From Candidatus Daviesbacteria bacterium (GTDB taxonomy: Bacteria > Patescibacteriota > Microgenomatia > Daviesbacterales > UBA10151), in NCBI GenBank assembly GCA_016187025.1, contig JACPKM010000004.1, positions 163,637 to 227,636 on the forward strand: a stretch of DNA of 64,000 nt, written 5' to 3'. Below are positions 19,386-29,070 of the stretch, piece after piece. The translations under genes and the position numbers were made by a program. How positions within the stretch are numbered: position 1 is the first letter of the stretch; every line of letters begins with the position of its first letter. The notes under the pieces were generated by a model. It was not told the DNA's origin. It made no database searches and was given only the letters and a program-made list of their open reading frames with translations.

Positions 19386-22300
19386 TAGTAAGAGTTGAGG
19401 TTACATCAAAAATCATCGATTCCCGAGCCGAAGTTTTGAAAAATAAAATAAAAGGATTGGGTTTTAGAAATAGGATTAGAGACGTTAAGATTGCCGATGT
19501 CTATACACTGGAAAAGACCTTTACTAAAAAGCAATTAGAGAAAATAACACAAGCCGTTACAAATCCTGTGTCACAACAGTCTTATACTAAATTTGACAGT
19601 AAATCAAATAATATAGAAAAATTTCTACCAGTAGAAAAAGGTTTTACTCTGGCAATAGAGGTAGGGTTTTTACCAGGCGTGACTGATAATGTGGGGGCAA
19701 CCACCAAAGAGATAATAGAGGATTTGTTAAAACTTAAGTTTAAACGCACAGAAGGAGTTTATTCTTCACAGTTAATTTTTATACTAGGTAATCTTTCTAA
19801 GATGGATGCTGTAAATATAGCTGAGAGCTTAGTAAACCCCCTAATCCAAAGAATTCATGTTAAAAGCTTTGATGAATTTATGACAAGCCATGGGATGGAC
19901 TTAGTAGTGCCAAAAGTAAAAATAGATAAAAAGCCCGCTGTTTTAGAAGTTGACTTGGATGTAGATGATGATGAATTAATCATGATAGGAAAGCAGGGAA
20001 TAATGGACCCAAATGGAATAAGAAGAGGTCCTCTGGCCCTAGATTTATCTTATATGAGGGCTATCCAAAGGTATTTTCAAAAAATAGGAAGAAAACCAAC
20101 TGATGTTGAAATTGAATCGATTGCTCAAACTTGGTCTGAACATTGTAAACACACAGTCTTTAGTGACAGGATTGATGATATTAAAGAAGGGTTATTTAAA
20201 GCTTATATAAGGAAAGCAACTGAAAAGATCCGTAAACAAAAATCGGCCAAAGGCCGATGGTCCTCCGGACGAGATTATTGTGTTTCTGTATTTGGTGATA
20301 ATTCAGGAGGAATAGAATTTGACGAGAATTATTTAGTTACTCATAAGGTTGAAACCCACAATACCCCCTCTGCTTTAGATCCTTTTGGCGGATCTATCAC
20401 AGGAATAGTTGGAGTAAACAGAGATACAATTGGTTTTGGGTTAGGAGCAAAGCCGATAGCCAATGTTTACGGTTTTTGCCTGGCTGATCCAAGAGATTCT
20501 GAATTGCTGTATAAGGGGCCCCATTACACACAAAAGATGCTTTCCCCCAGAAGAATCATGGAGGGAGTAATTGCCGGAGTTAACGCTGGCGGAAATCAGT
20601 CTGGAATTCCTACACCACACGGGTTTTTATATTTTGATCATCGCTATAAGGGTAAGCCGTTGGTTTTTGTAGGTACTATTGGTTTAATACCCAAATCAGA
20701 TAATAGCAGGATACTATACGAGAAGAAAGCTCAAGTTGGTGATTATATTGTTATGATTGGAGGAAGGGTTGGGATCGATGGGGTTCATGGAGCGACTTTT
20801 TCATCTGAAGCCTTGGATAGTGGTTCTCCGGTAACAGCGGTGCAGATTGGCGATCCTATTACACAAAAGAAGTTTTCCGATGCAATAGTAAAGGAAGCGC
20901 GGGATTTAAACTTATACAACAGTATTACAGATAATGGGGCAGGAGGCTTATCTTGTTCGGTTGCCGAAATGGCCAAGGAGTCAAATGGCTGCAAGGTTTA
21001 CTTAGACAAAGTCCCGTTAAAGTATCCCAATCTTTCCCCTTGGCAGACTTGGATTTCAGAATCTCAAGAAAGAATGACATTATCTGTTCCAAAAAATAAA
21101 TGGAAGAAATGCTTGAATTTAATGAGAAGAAGAGGGATAGAGGCAACGGTAATTGGAAAGTTTAATGATTCAGGAAAGTGTCAAGTATATTATAAGAGTA
21201 AAATTGTCATGGATATAGATTTAGAGTTTTTGCATGGTGGTCTACCAAAAAGACCAATGTTAACCTCTTTTACCAAACCTGCACATATAGAACCTGAAAT
21301 TCCTCAACTTAGCAATCTTTCAGAAATACTGGAAGAGATGTTGCAAAGGTTGAATTTAACCAGCTTTGAGTTTGTATCAACTCAATATGATCACGAAGTG
21401 CAGTCAAACTCTGTGATCAAGCCTCTACAGGGTAGAGGAAGAGTTAATGGTGATGCTGTAATTATTAAGCCGCTTATTACCTCAAATAAAGGTTTGGTAA
21501 TTACAAGTGGATTGTATCCTACTTATAGTGATATCGATACTTACTATATGGCAGCAGCATCTATTGATACTGCCATCAGAAATGCAGTTGTAGCTGGGGC
21601 AAATCCTAACTCTTTGGCAATTTTAGATAATTTTTGCTGGGCCTCAAGTAATGAGTTGGAGATGTTAGGACAGTTAAAGAAAGCGGCGCAGGCTTGTTAT
21701 GATTTTGCCACTGCTTATAAAACACCATTTATTTCCGGTAAGGATAGTATGTTTAATGATTTTAAAGGATTTGATGAACATGGTAATAGAATAAAAGTTT
21801 CTATACCACCAACCCTGTTAATTTCAGCCATAGGAACAATTGATGATATCACCAAATCAGTATCTATTGATCTGAAGTTACCGGGCGATTTAGTTTACAT
21901 TTTAGGAGATACAAAAGAGGAGTTGGGTGGATCAGAATATTACGCATATTGGGGGGACAAGTTTAAGAAAAGATATATTGGTAATACAGTACCTATCACT
22001 ACAGCTGCTAAAAATCTGAAACTCTACCACAAATATTTTATATGTGTCGGGAAAGAACTAATCTCCTCTGCAATTGGTATAGGAAGGGGTGGATTAGGAG
22101 TTGCTTTAGCTAAAAAGTCAATTTCCGGTTTAGTTGGTTTAGATATTAACCTGAAAGAATTAGCAGATAATAACAAAAGAGATGACTTTGCACTTTTTTC
22201 AGAGTCACAAGGAAGAATTATTGTCTCTATTGCCCCGCAAAATAAGGAAAAGTTTGAAAGACTGATGAAAGGATGTAGTCATACACTTATTGGTGTTGTA

Positions 22301-22408
22301 AGAGAGGATAATAAATTTACAGTGAAAGGAAAGAAGGGAAATATGATTATAAACACTGATGCAATGCATTTATTAAAAAATTATAAGAAAACCTTTAAAA
22401 ATTATTAA
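19382..22408 (+). CDS. FGAM synthase subunit PurL with fused N-terminal PurS-like domain(s)
   Basis: The ATG at 19382 overlaps the folD stop (ATGA). The first ~80 aa are PurS-like (VRVEV...GF..IRDVKIADVYTLE). The PurL core starts near WSEHCKHTVF. AIRS-type domains are duplicated. Confidence 0.8.
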   Translation: MIVRVEVTSKIIDSRAEVLKNKIKGLGFRNRIRDVKIADVYTLEKTFTKKQLEKITQAVTNPVSQQSYTKFDSKSNNIEKFLPVEKGFTLAIEVGFLPGVTDNVGATTKEIIEDLLKLKFKRTEGVYSSQLIFILGNLSKMDAVNIAESLVNPLIQRIHVKSFDEFMTSHGMDLVVPKVKIDKKPAVLEVDLDVDDDELIMIGKQGIMDPNGIRRGPLALDLSYMRAIQRYFQKIGRKPTDVEIESIAQTWSEHCKHTVFSDRIDDIKEGLFKAYIRKATEKIRKQKSAKGRWSSGRDYCVSVFGDNSGGIEFDENYLVTHKVETHNTPSALDPFGGSITGIVGVNRDTIGFGLGAKPIANVYGFCLADPRDSELLYKGPHYTQKMLSPRRIMEGVIAGVNAGGNQSGIPTPHGFLYFDHRYKGKPLVFVGTIGLIPKSDNSRILYEKKAQVGDYIVMIGGRVGIDGVHGATFSSEALDSGSPVTAVQIGDPITQKKFSDAIVKEARDLNLYNSITDNGAGGLSCSVAEMAKESNGCKVYLDKVPLKYPNLSPWQTWISESQERMTLSVPKNKWKKCLNLMRRRGIEATVIGKFNDSGKCQVYYKSKIVMDIDLEFLHGGLPKRPMLTSFTKPAHIEPEIPQLSNLSEILEEMLQRLNLTSFEFVSTQYDHEVQSNSVIKPLQGRGRVNGDAVIIKPLITSNKGLVITSGLYPTYSDIDTYYMAAASIDTAIRNAVVAGANPNSLAILDNFCWASSNELEMLGQLKKAAQACYDFATAYKTPFISGKDSMFNDFKGFDEHGNRIKVSIPPTLLISAIGTIDDITKSVSIDLKLPGDLVYILGDTKEELGGSEYYAYWGDKFKKRYIGNTVPITTAAKNLKLYHKYFICVGKELISSAIGIGRGGLGVALAKKSISGLVGLDINLKELADNNKRDDFALFSESQGRIIVSIAPQNKEKFERLMKGCSHTLIGVVREDNKFTVKGKKGNMIINTDAMHLLKNYKKTFKNY

Positions 22409-22414
22409 ATCTTT

Positions 22415-23278
22415 ATGAAAAAACCTAATATATTAGTATTTTCTGGATACGGATTAAACTGTGAAGAGGAAACAAAATTTGCCTTTGAAAAAGCAGGAGG
22501 TGCTGCAGACATTGTCCACATTAACGATTTAATAGAAGGACTTGTAAGTATTGGTAATTATCAAATTTTGGCTTTTCCTGGAGGTTTTGCATACGGTGAT
22601 GACACAGGTTCTGGAAATGCGTATGCCAATAAGCTAAAAAATCACTTGTGGAAAGATATAGTTAAATTTATTAGTCAAGGAGGGTTAATAATAGGAATTT
22701 GTAATGGATTTCAGATATTGGTTAATTTAGGCCTTCTCCCAGCATTAAACAAAAAATACGGTGAAAGACAGGTAGCCTTACTTCATAACAGCTCAGCAAG
22801 ATATATAGATAGATGGGTTGATTTAAAAGTAGAAAATAAGTCTCCCTGGCTTGTTGGGATTAATAAACTTTCTGCACCGATATCACATGGTGAAGGAAGG
22901 CTTTATGTATCAGAGGAAGTATTAAAACAACTGAAAGAAAAAAGTCTAATAGCCCTAAGGTATTTCAAAGGAGAGGTATGCAATTACCAGAATTTAGAAT
23001 CTAATCCGAATGGATCAATTGATAATATAGCAGGGCTTAGTGATGAGACTGGTAGAATACTGGGATTAATGCCTCATCCTGACCGAGCACTATTTTTTAC
23101 ACAGCTGCCAAATTGGCCATTACTGAAGGAAAAACTGAAAAGAGAACAAAAGCCACTGTTCCCTGAGGGACAAGGTTTACAAATCTTTAAAAATGGTGTT
23201 AACTATTTTGCAAATATTAAAGAAGGCTTAAGCAAAAACGAGATCTTCTCTTCTTTGCCCGTTACCAATAGCCATTAA
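22415..23278 (+). CDS. purQ: FGAM synthase glutaminase subunit
   Basis: NILVFSGYGLNCEEE...GICNGFQIL...PHPDRA class-I GATase triad. Confidence 0.85.
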   Translation: MKKPNILVFSGYGLNCEEETKFAFEKAGGAADIVHINDLIEGLVSIGNYQILAFPGGFAYGDDTGSGNAYANKLKNHLWKDIVKFISQGGLIIGICNGFQILVNLGLLPALNKKYGERQVALLHNSSARYIDRWVDLKVENKSPWLVGINKLSAPISHGEGRLYVSEEVLKQLKEKSLIALRYFKGEVCNYQNLESNPNGSIDNIAGLSDETGRILGLMPHPDRALFFTQLPNWPLLKEKLKREQKPLFPEGQGLQIFKNGVNYFANIKEGLSKNEIFSSLPVTNSH

Positions 23279-24520
23279 TCGGGCATCAGGTATAGTTGCA
23301 ACAATTCCTAGAACATATTTTCTAGCCTTTTCTGGCAGATCATTTAAGTCTGTTATACCCGCTAAATCCTCGTTCCATCCTGGGTAGCAATCTTCGTTTC
23401 CATAAGCAGCCTGACATCGTTCAAAGTCCCTAAGGTTTGAGGGAATATGGTGTATTTCTTTACCATCTAAAATATAACTATTACAAACCATTAAATCTCC
23501 CATACAGGATAGGTTATCCAGTCTTGTAATTACTATATCAGTAAAGCCATTTACATATTGTGATTGTCCAGCTGCTACTCCATCAAACCATCCAAGCCTT
23601 CTGGGTCTTCCAGAAACAACTCCAAACTCATGGGCGCTTTTTCTAAGTCTATCTGCACCTTCATCAAATCGTTCAGTTGGCATTGGTCCACCACCTACTC
23701 TTGTTTGGTAAGCTTTGAAAACTCCAATTGCCTGAGTTAGCCACCTTGCACCAATTCCTGCACCTGCGAGCAATCCATTTATTGTAGTATTGGATGAAGT
23801 TACCATGGGATATGTTCCATCATCTACACTAAGCAGTGTTCCTTGAGCCCCTTCAATCAAGACCCGTCCATTTGAACCTGTAATGTGCCGATAAAGGAAT
23901 TCGGATGTTTCCATCACTAGGGGCGTCAAGACATGTTGCGCCTCTCCTAAAAGATTCTCATAATATCCTGGATCAAATTGGGGAGAATTGGCAAGGTCAG
24001 GATGGTAACCCCTCTTATTTTTTAAAACACGGGCAATTTTACCAAGGCATTCTTCAGGATCAGCTAAATCTTCTGCCCTAATACCTACACGATTAGCTTT
24101 ATCTGCGTAAGCGGGTCCTATTCCTCTTTTGGTTGTTCCGATAGCTTGTGCTCCTTTGGAGTTTTCTTCATGACCGTCTTCTAACTGATGATATTCAAAA
24201 ACTAGGTGGGCTTTGGGGCTTATTCTTAAATTACTGGTAGAAATACCCCTTTCATGGAGTGCAGCCATCTCCCTAATTAAACCTGCTGCATTTACGACAG
24301 TACCTTGTCCTAAAATATTTATAGTTTTGGGGTTAAAGATTCCGGCAGGGATTAAATTGAGGGCAAACATACCTTTTCCATTAACTACAGTATGCCCGGC
24401 GTTGTCGCCTCCCTGGGCTCTGACTACAACTGTTGCACCTTGTGCCAGTTGGTCAACAACCTTACCCTTACCTTCGTCTCCCCATTGACCTCCAGCAACT
24501 GCGATTACTTCTGCGCTCAT
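23228..24520 (-). CDS. purA: Adenylosuccinate synthetase
   Basis: GGQWGDEGKGKVVD and AGHTVV motifs. It converges on purQ with a 51-nt 3' overlap. Confidence 0.9.
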   Translation of the reverse strand: MSAEVIAVAGGQWGDEGKGKVVDQLAQGATVVVRAQGGDNAGHTVVNGKGMFALNLIPAGIFNPKTINILGQGTVVNAAGLIREMAALHERGISTSNLRISPKAHLVFEYHQLEDGHEENSKGAQAIGTTKRGIGPAYADKANRVGIRAEDLADPEECLGKIARVLKNKRGYHPDLANSPQFDPGYYENLLGEAQHVLTPLVMETSEFLYRHITGSNGRVLIEGAQGTLLSVDDGTYPMVTSSNTTINGLLAGAGIGARWLTQAIGVFKAYQTRVGGGPMPTERFDEGADRLRKSAHEFGVVSGRPRRLGWFDGVAAGQSQYVNGFTDIVITRLDNLSCMGDLMVCNSYILDGKEIHHIPSNLRDFERCQAAYGNEDCYPGWNEDLAGITDLNDLPEKARKYVLGIVATIPDARLMAIGNGQRREDLVFA

Positions 24521-24618
24521 AGTCTAGATAGAATAAAGAGTTTAGCAAGACAAATCTAAAAAAACAAGATTTAACTTAATCTCTAGACAAAATTCTAACA
24601 ATAAGTTTAAAATAGGCC

Positions 24619-25635
24619 ATGAAATTCTCCAGCACTTACATAGTTACTCTTGGTTCACACTCTGCTTTACAAATTTTAAAAGGAGCAAAGGATGAAGGTT
24701 TTAAAACAGCAGTGGTTTGTACTCCTAAACAAACAACTCTCTATAGAAACTATGATAAATTTATAGACGAGATAATCCAGATAGATTCTTGGGCTTCTTT
24801 TCCTCAAATGGAAAAAAGACTAATAAAGCAAAATTCCATCATTGTTCCACACGGGTCATTTGTAGCGTATTTGGGAATGGAAAGAAACAAACAAATGAGA
24901 GTACCGTATTTTGGAAACAAACTTGTTTTGGATTGGGAATCAAATAGAAAAATGCAAAGAGAATGGATGATAGCAGCAGATGTCAAGGTTCCTCACAAGT
25001 TTAAAAAGGGAGATAAAATTGATCGTCCTGTGATAGTTAAGTCTCATGGAGCCCAAGGTGGAAAAGGATATTTTGTTGCCAAAAATCAAAAAGAACTGGA
25101 TGAAAAATTGAAAGTTTTTAGTGAAGAAAAATTTATAGTACAAGAGTATGTTATCGGTGTGCCAGTGTATATACATTTTTTTTATTCTCCACTAACAGAA
25201 AAATTAGAAGTGATGAGTGTTGATAAGAGATATGAGACAAATGTTGATTCATTGGGCCGAATTCCAGCCAGGAACCAAAAAGGATTAAAAATAGAGCCTA
25301 CCTTTGAGGTGGTAGCAAATATTCCAATGGCCATAAGGGAATCAATGTTGGCAGAAGCAATGGCAATGGGTGATAGAGTAATAAATGTTTCTAAAAAACT
25401 GGTTCCACCAAAAGGATTATTTGGTCCTTTTTGTCTGGAAACAATTATCACCTCAACTGATGAAATTTATGTAATGGAAATTTCAGCAAGAATTGTTGCC
25501 GGAACAAACTGTTTTATTGACGGTTCCCCTTATACATATTTGCTTTATGATGAACCAATGAGCACCGGAAGACGGATTGCCCGGGAAATAAAGTTGGCAA
25601 TAAAGAAGAAAAGATTAAAGGAAGTATTAGACTAA
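24619..25635 (+). CDS. purP: Archaeal-type FAICAR synthetase (formate-dependent AICAR formylating ATP-grasp), paralog 1
   Basis: N-terminus TLGSHSALQILKGAKDEGF and overall length match PurP. Confidence 0.65.
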   Translation: MKFSSTYIVTLGSHSALQILKGAKDEGFKTAVVCTPKQTTLYRNYDKFIDEIIQIDSWASFPQMEKRLIKQNSIIVPHGSFVAYLGMERNKQMRVPYFGNKLVLDWESNRKMQREWMIAADVKVPHKFKKGDKIDRPVIVKSHGAQGGKGYFVAKNQKELDEKLKVFSEEKFIVQEYVIGVPVYIHFFYSPLTEKLEVMSVDKRYETNVDSLGRIPARNQKGLKIEPTFEVVANIPMAIRESMLAEAMAMGDRVINVSKKLVPPKGLFGPFCLETIITSTDEIYVMEISARIVAGTNCFIDGSPYTYLLYDEPMSTGRRIAREIKLAIKKKRLKEVLD

Positions 25636-25638
25636 ATC

Positions 25639-26733
25639 ATGAATAATCAATCACTTACCATTGCAGTACTAGGGTCTCATTCCGCTCTGGATGTTTGCCG
25701 GGGAGCAAAAGATTTAGGATTTAACACCTTAGTTATTTGCGAGAAAGGAAAAGAAAAAACTTATCAGAAGTTTTATAGATCCCAAGATGAGTTAGGTTGT
25801 GTTGACGGAGTGCTAGTTTTAGAAAAATTTGCAGATATATTAAAACCAGCTGTCCAGGAAGAACTAAGAAAAAGAAATTGCATATTTATTCCTCATAGAT
25901 CATTTGAAGTCTATTTAAACTTTGATTACAAAGCAATTGAGGAAAAATTTAAAGTGCCAATTTTTGGAAATAAATTCTTACTAAAAATTGAAGAGCGGGG
26001 AGTGAAACCTAATCAATACGACCTTTTAGAAAAAGCCAAAATAAGGATACCCAAGCAATTTAGCGATCCTAAAAAAATAGATAGATTGTGTATTATCAAA
26101 GTCCTAGAAAAAGAAAGAGGTTTTGAAAGAGCCTTCTTTTTGTGTGACTCTTATAAAGAGTATCAAAAGCAAGTAGAAGAAAAATTAGATAAAGGAATTT
26201 TTACTAAAGAACAATTAGATAAATGTGTAATTGAGGAATTTATGATCGGTGTACAAGTAAACTTAAATTATTTTTTCTCTCCAGTAGATAAAAGATTAGA
26301 GCTTCTAGGGACAGATACCAGAAGGCAAACCAATATTGAAGGATTAATTAAAACACCTGCTCCTTATCAGCAATCAATCATGGAAAAAGTAAATATAAAA
26401 TACGAGGAAGCAGGACATATTGCTGTGACAGTCTTGGAATCAATGCTTGAGCAAATTTTTGAGTTAGGGGAAAGATTTGTTAGAGTTTCTCAAAAGTTAA
26501 TACCACCTGGAGTGATTGGCCCTTTTGCCCTGCAAGCAGTAATTGTTCCAGGCCCTCCCAAAAAAGATATTATTGTTTTTGATGTTTCGCCAAGAATGCC
26601 GGGTAGTCCCGGAACTTTTGCTACACCATATAGTGGGTATTTATTTAGGCAAAATATCTCTGTTGGAAAAAGAGTTGCAATGGAAATTAAGAATGCTTTA
26701 GAAAAGAATAATTTAGAAAAAATTACAACATGA
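25639..26733 (+). CDS. PurP-family ATP-grasp protein, paralog 2
   Basis: AVLGSHSALDVCRGAKDLGF is a paralog of the upstream gene. Confidence 0.6.
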   Translation: MNNQSLTIAVLGSHSALDVCRGAKDLGFNTLVICEKGKEKTYQKFYRSQDELGCVDGVLVLEKFADILKPAVQEELRKRNCIFIPHRSFEVYLNFDYKAIEEKFKVPIFGNKFLLKIEERGVKPNQYDLLEKAKIRIPKQFSDPKKIDRLCIIKVLEKERGFERAFFLCDSYKEYQKQVEEKLDKGIFTKEQLDKCVIEEFMIGVQVNLNYFFSPVDKRLELLGTDTRRQTNIEGLIKTPAPYQQSIMEKVNIKYEEAGHIAVTVLESMLEQIFELGERFVRVSQKLIPPGVIGPFALQAVIVPGPPKKDIIVFDVSPRMPGSPGTFATPYSGYLFRQNISVGKRVAMEIKNALEKNNLEKITT

Positions 26734-28121
26734 ATATGAAAAACCTTTCAACCTACCAATCTCCCTTTTCTTGGCGTTATGGGTCAGATAGCATGCGACA
26801 GATTTGGTCTGAGGAAAATAAATACAGAATATGGAGAAAGGTTTGGGTAACTCTTGCTAAAGCTCAATACACACAAGGCCTGCTGACGAAAAAAGAATTT
26901 GATGATTTGGAAAAACACCAAGACGATATCAATATAAAAAGAATTTTAGAAATAGAACAGAGCACACAGCATGATGTTGTGGCTGCAATTAAAGAGTTTG
27001 CAGAGAAGGCTAAAGTGGGTGGAGGAAAAATACATTTGGGTGCTACCAGTATGGACATTAACGATAACGCGGATGTTCTAAGAGTTCAGGAAGCGTTAAA
27101 GTTAATCGAGGGTCAGCTAAGAAGCCTTGTTAAAAAATTCTTAGAAAAGGGGGGAAAATATTCAGATCTTGCCTGTATGGGTTACACTCATCTTCAACCT
27201 GCTGAACCCACAACTTTAGGATACAGACTTTGTTTTTATATCCAGGATCTACTAACTGATCTAGAGTTTCTAAAGTTTGTTAAAAATAATTTAAAAGGGA
27301 AAGGGATAAAAGGGGCTGTGGGTACATCTGCAAGTTATGTCAAACTTTTAAATAAAATAGGTGTAGAAAAGATGGAAAATGAGGTAATGGATATATTGGG
27401 GATTAGCGCTGTTGAAATATCAAACCAGACGGCTCCCAGAAAAATAGAATATTTGATAGGAAGTCTTCTCGCATCAATCTCACAGACTTTATATAAGTTT
27501 GCGTTTGATCTAAGAATAATGCAATCTCCCGGATTTGGTGAGTGGCAAGAACCTTTTGGAAAAACGCAGGTCGGGTCATCCGCTATGCCTTTTAAGAAAA
27601 ATCCCTGGAAAGCAGAGCAAATTTGCTCGTTATCCAGAGTTGTTGTAAGTTTATCACGGGTTCTTTGGGATAATGCAGCAAACATGGGTTTAGAAAGAAC
27701 TTTGGATGATTCAGCTAACAGAAGAGTAGTTATCCCAGAAATATTTCTAACAACAGATGAGATATTGAATATTGCCAATAATATTTTGGATGGATTAATC
27801 GTAAATGAAAAAAAAGTTACAGAAAACTTAAACAAGTATTGGCCATTTTCTGTAACTGAGGCAATTTTAATAGAGGTCGTTAAAAAAGGAGCAGACAGGC
27901 AAAAGATGCATGAGGTTTTAAAGGGTATTGCCATGAGCGCATGGCAGGAAATATCGAATGGGGAAGAGAATCCTATGAAAGATCTTTTGGAAAATGATCC
28001 GGATCTAAGTAAATATTTATCATCAGAAGAGTTAGATCAGCTATTTGATGTAAAATCACACTTGGGAAATGCCCCGGAAAAAACCAAAAGATTTTGCAAA
28101 AGAGTCAAAAAATATGTTTAG
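26730..28121 (+). CDS. purB: Adenylosuccinate lyase
   Basis: Fumarate-lyase signature GATSMDINDNADVLR...SSAMPFKKNP. Confidence 0.85.
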   Translation: MNMKNLSTYQSPFSWRYGSDSMRQIWSEENKYRIWRKVWVTLAKAQYTQGLLTKKEFDDLEKHQDDINIKRILEIEQSTQHDVVAAIKEFAEKAKVGGGKIHLGATSMDINDNADVLRVQEALKLIEGQLRSLVKKFLEKGGKYSDLACMGYTHLQPAEPTTLGYRLCFYIQDLLTDLEFLKFVKNNLKGKGIKGAVGTSASYVKLLNKIGVEKMENEVMDILGISAVEISNQTAPRKIEYLIGSLLASISQTLYKFAFDLRIMQSPGFGEWQEPFGKTQVGSSAMPFKKNPWKAEQICSLSRVVVSLSRVLWDNAANMGLERTLDDSANRRVVIPEIFLTTDEILNIANNILDGLIVNEKKVTENLNKYWPFSVTEAILIEVVKKGADRQKMHEVLKGIAMSAWQEISNGEENPMKDLLENDPDLSKYLSSEELDQLFDVKSHLGNAPEKTKRFCKRVKKYV

Positions 28122-28473
28122 ATTATGGGGGAAAGTTAAAAGAGGTCAAAGCAGGGGAAAGAAGTTGGGGTTTCCAACTGCAAACATTAATTTACATAAT
28201 AAAATGGCCCAGGGGGTGTATGTGTCTAAGATAAAGATTAAATCCCAGTTTTTTACTGCCCTAACATTTATCGGCAATGCTACTACATTTAATGAGGAAA
28301 ATTATTTAGCAGAAAGTTATATTTTGAATTTTGATAAAGATATATACGGCGAGTTTATAAGCGTTTATTTATTGAAAAAGATTAGGGGTAATATTAAGTT
28401 TAAAACGGCAAATGATTTGATTAAACAGATGAAAAAAGATGAAAAGCAGGCATTAGAATACTTTAAACAATAA
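28114..28473 (+). CDS. Monofunctional riboflavin kinase (RibF kinase domain only)
   Basis: GRG..LGFPTANI-type motif (RGQSRGKKLGFPTANI). I favour the internal Met at 28114, overlapping the purB end, over the listed start at 28069. Confidence 0.6.
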   Translation: MFRLWGKVKRGQSRGKKLGFPTANINLHNKMAQGVYVSKIKIKSQFFTALTFIGNATTFNEENYLAESYILNFDKDIYGEFISVYLLKKIRGNIKFKTANDLIKQMKKDEKQALEYFKQ

Positions 28474-28476
28474 GTT

Positions 28477-29070
28477 ATGTTTAGCGGAATCATAGAGAAA
28501 AAAACTAAAGCAATAGAGCTGAATAAAAACAAAAACAGCATAATATTAACTTTTGCTAGGCCTAAAAAATGGAGGCTTTCAGAAGGGGAGAGTATATGTA
28601 TAGATGGTATTTGCTCAACAGTGAGTAAGATCACCTCAGATACTTTTTCTGTTTATTATATGAGTGAGACACTGAGTAAAACTCATTTAATATTTGTTGA
28701 CGGTAGTCATGAATTTAATTTGGAACAGAGCTTAAGGTTAACTAGTTTAGTGGGCGGGCATCTTGTTTCCGGTCATATAGATACTGTAGGTAAGGTTGTG
28801 AATATTAGTAAAAAGGAAGACTCATCTGTTGTAAAGATTGAAATTCCTCCAGAGTTTTCAAGATACATTATTTATAAAGGATCTATCTGTGTAAATGGTG
28901 TTAGTTTAACTGTAGTTAATATAGACAAAAACGTATTTACGGTTTCACTGATTCCTTATACATTAGCTAAAACTAATTTAGGATCTCTTAAAGTAGAGGA
29001 TTTAGTGAATATTGAAGTTGATTTACTAGCAAAATACCTGGAGAAATTAACTAAAACTGAGAAAAGATGA
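28477..29070 (+). CDS. ribE: Riboflavin synthase alpha chain
   Basis: MFSGIIE...GESICIDGICSTV and the repeated lumazine-binding half GSICVNGVSLTV. Confidence 0.8.
   Translation: MFSGIIEKKTKAIELNKNKNSIILTFARPKKWRLSEGESICIDGICSTVSKITSDTFSVYYMSETLSKTHLIFVDGSHEFNLEQSLRLTSLVGGHLVSGHIDTVGKVVNISKKEDSSVVKIEIPPEFSRYIIYKGSICVNGVSLTVVNIDKNVFTVSLIPYTLAKTNLGSLKVEDLVNIEVDLLAKYLEKLTKTEKR

Noticed and set aside
28069-28113. Listed long start of the riboflavin kinase ORF overlapping purB by 53 nt
   Set aside because: The first 15 residues are a Lys-rich translation of the purB 3' end in another frame. The kinase domain begins at the internal Met at 28114.
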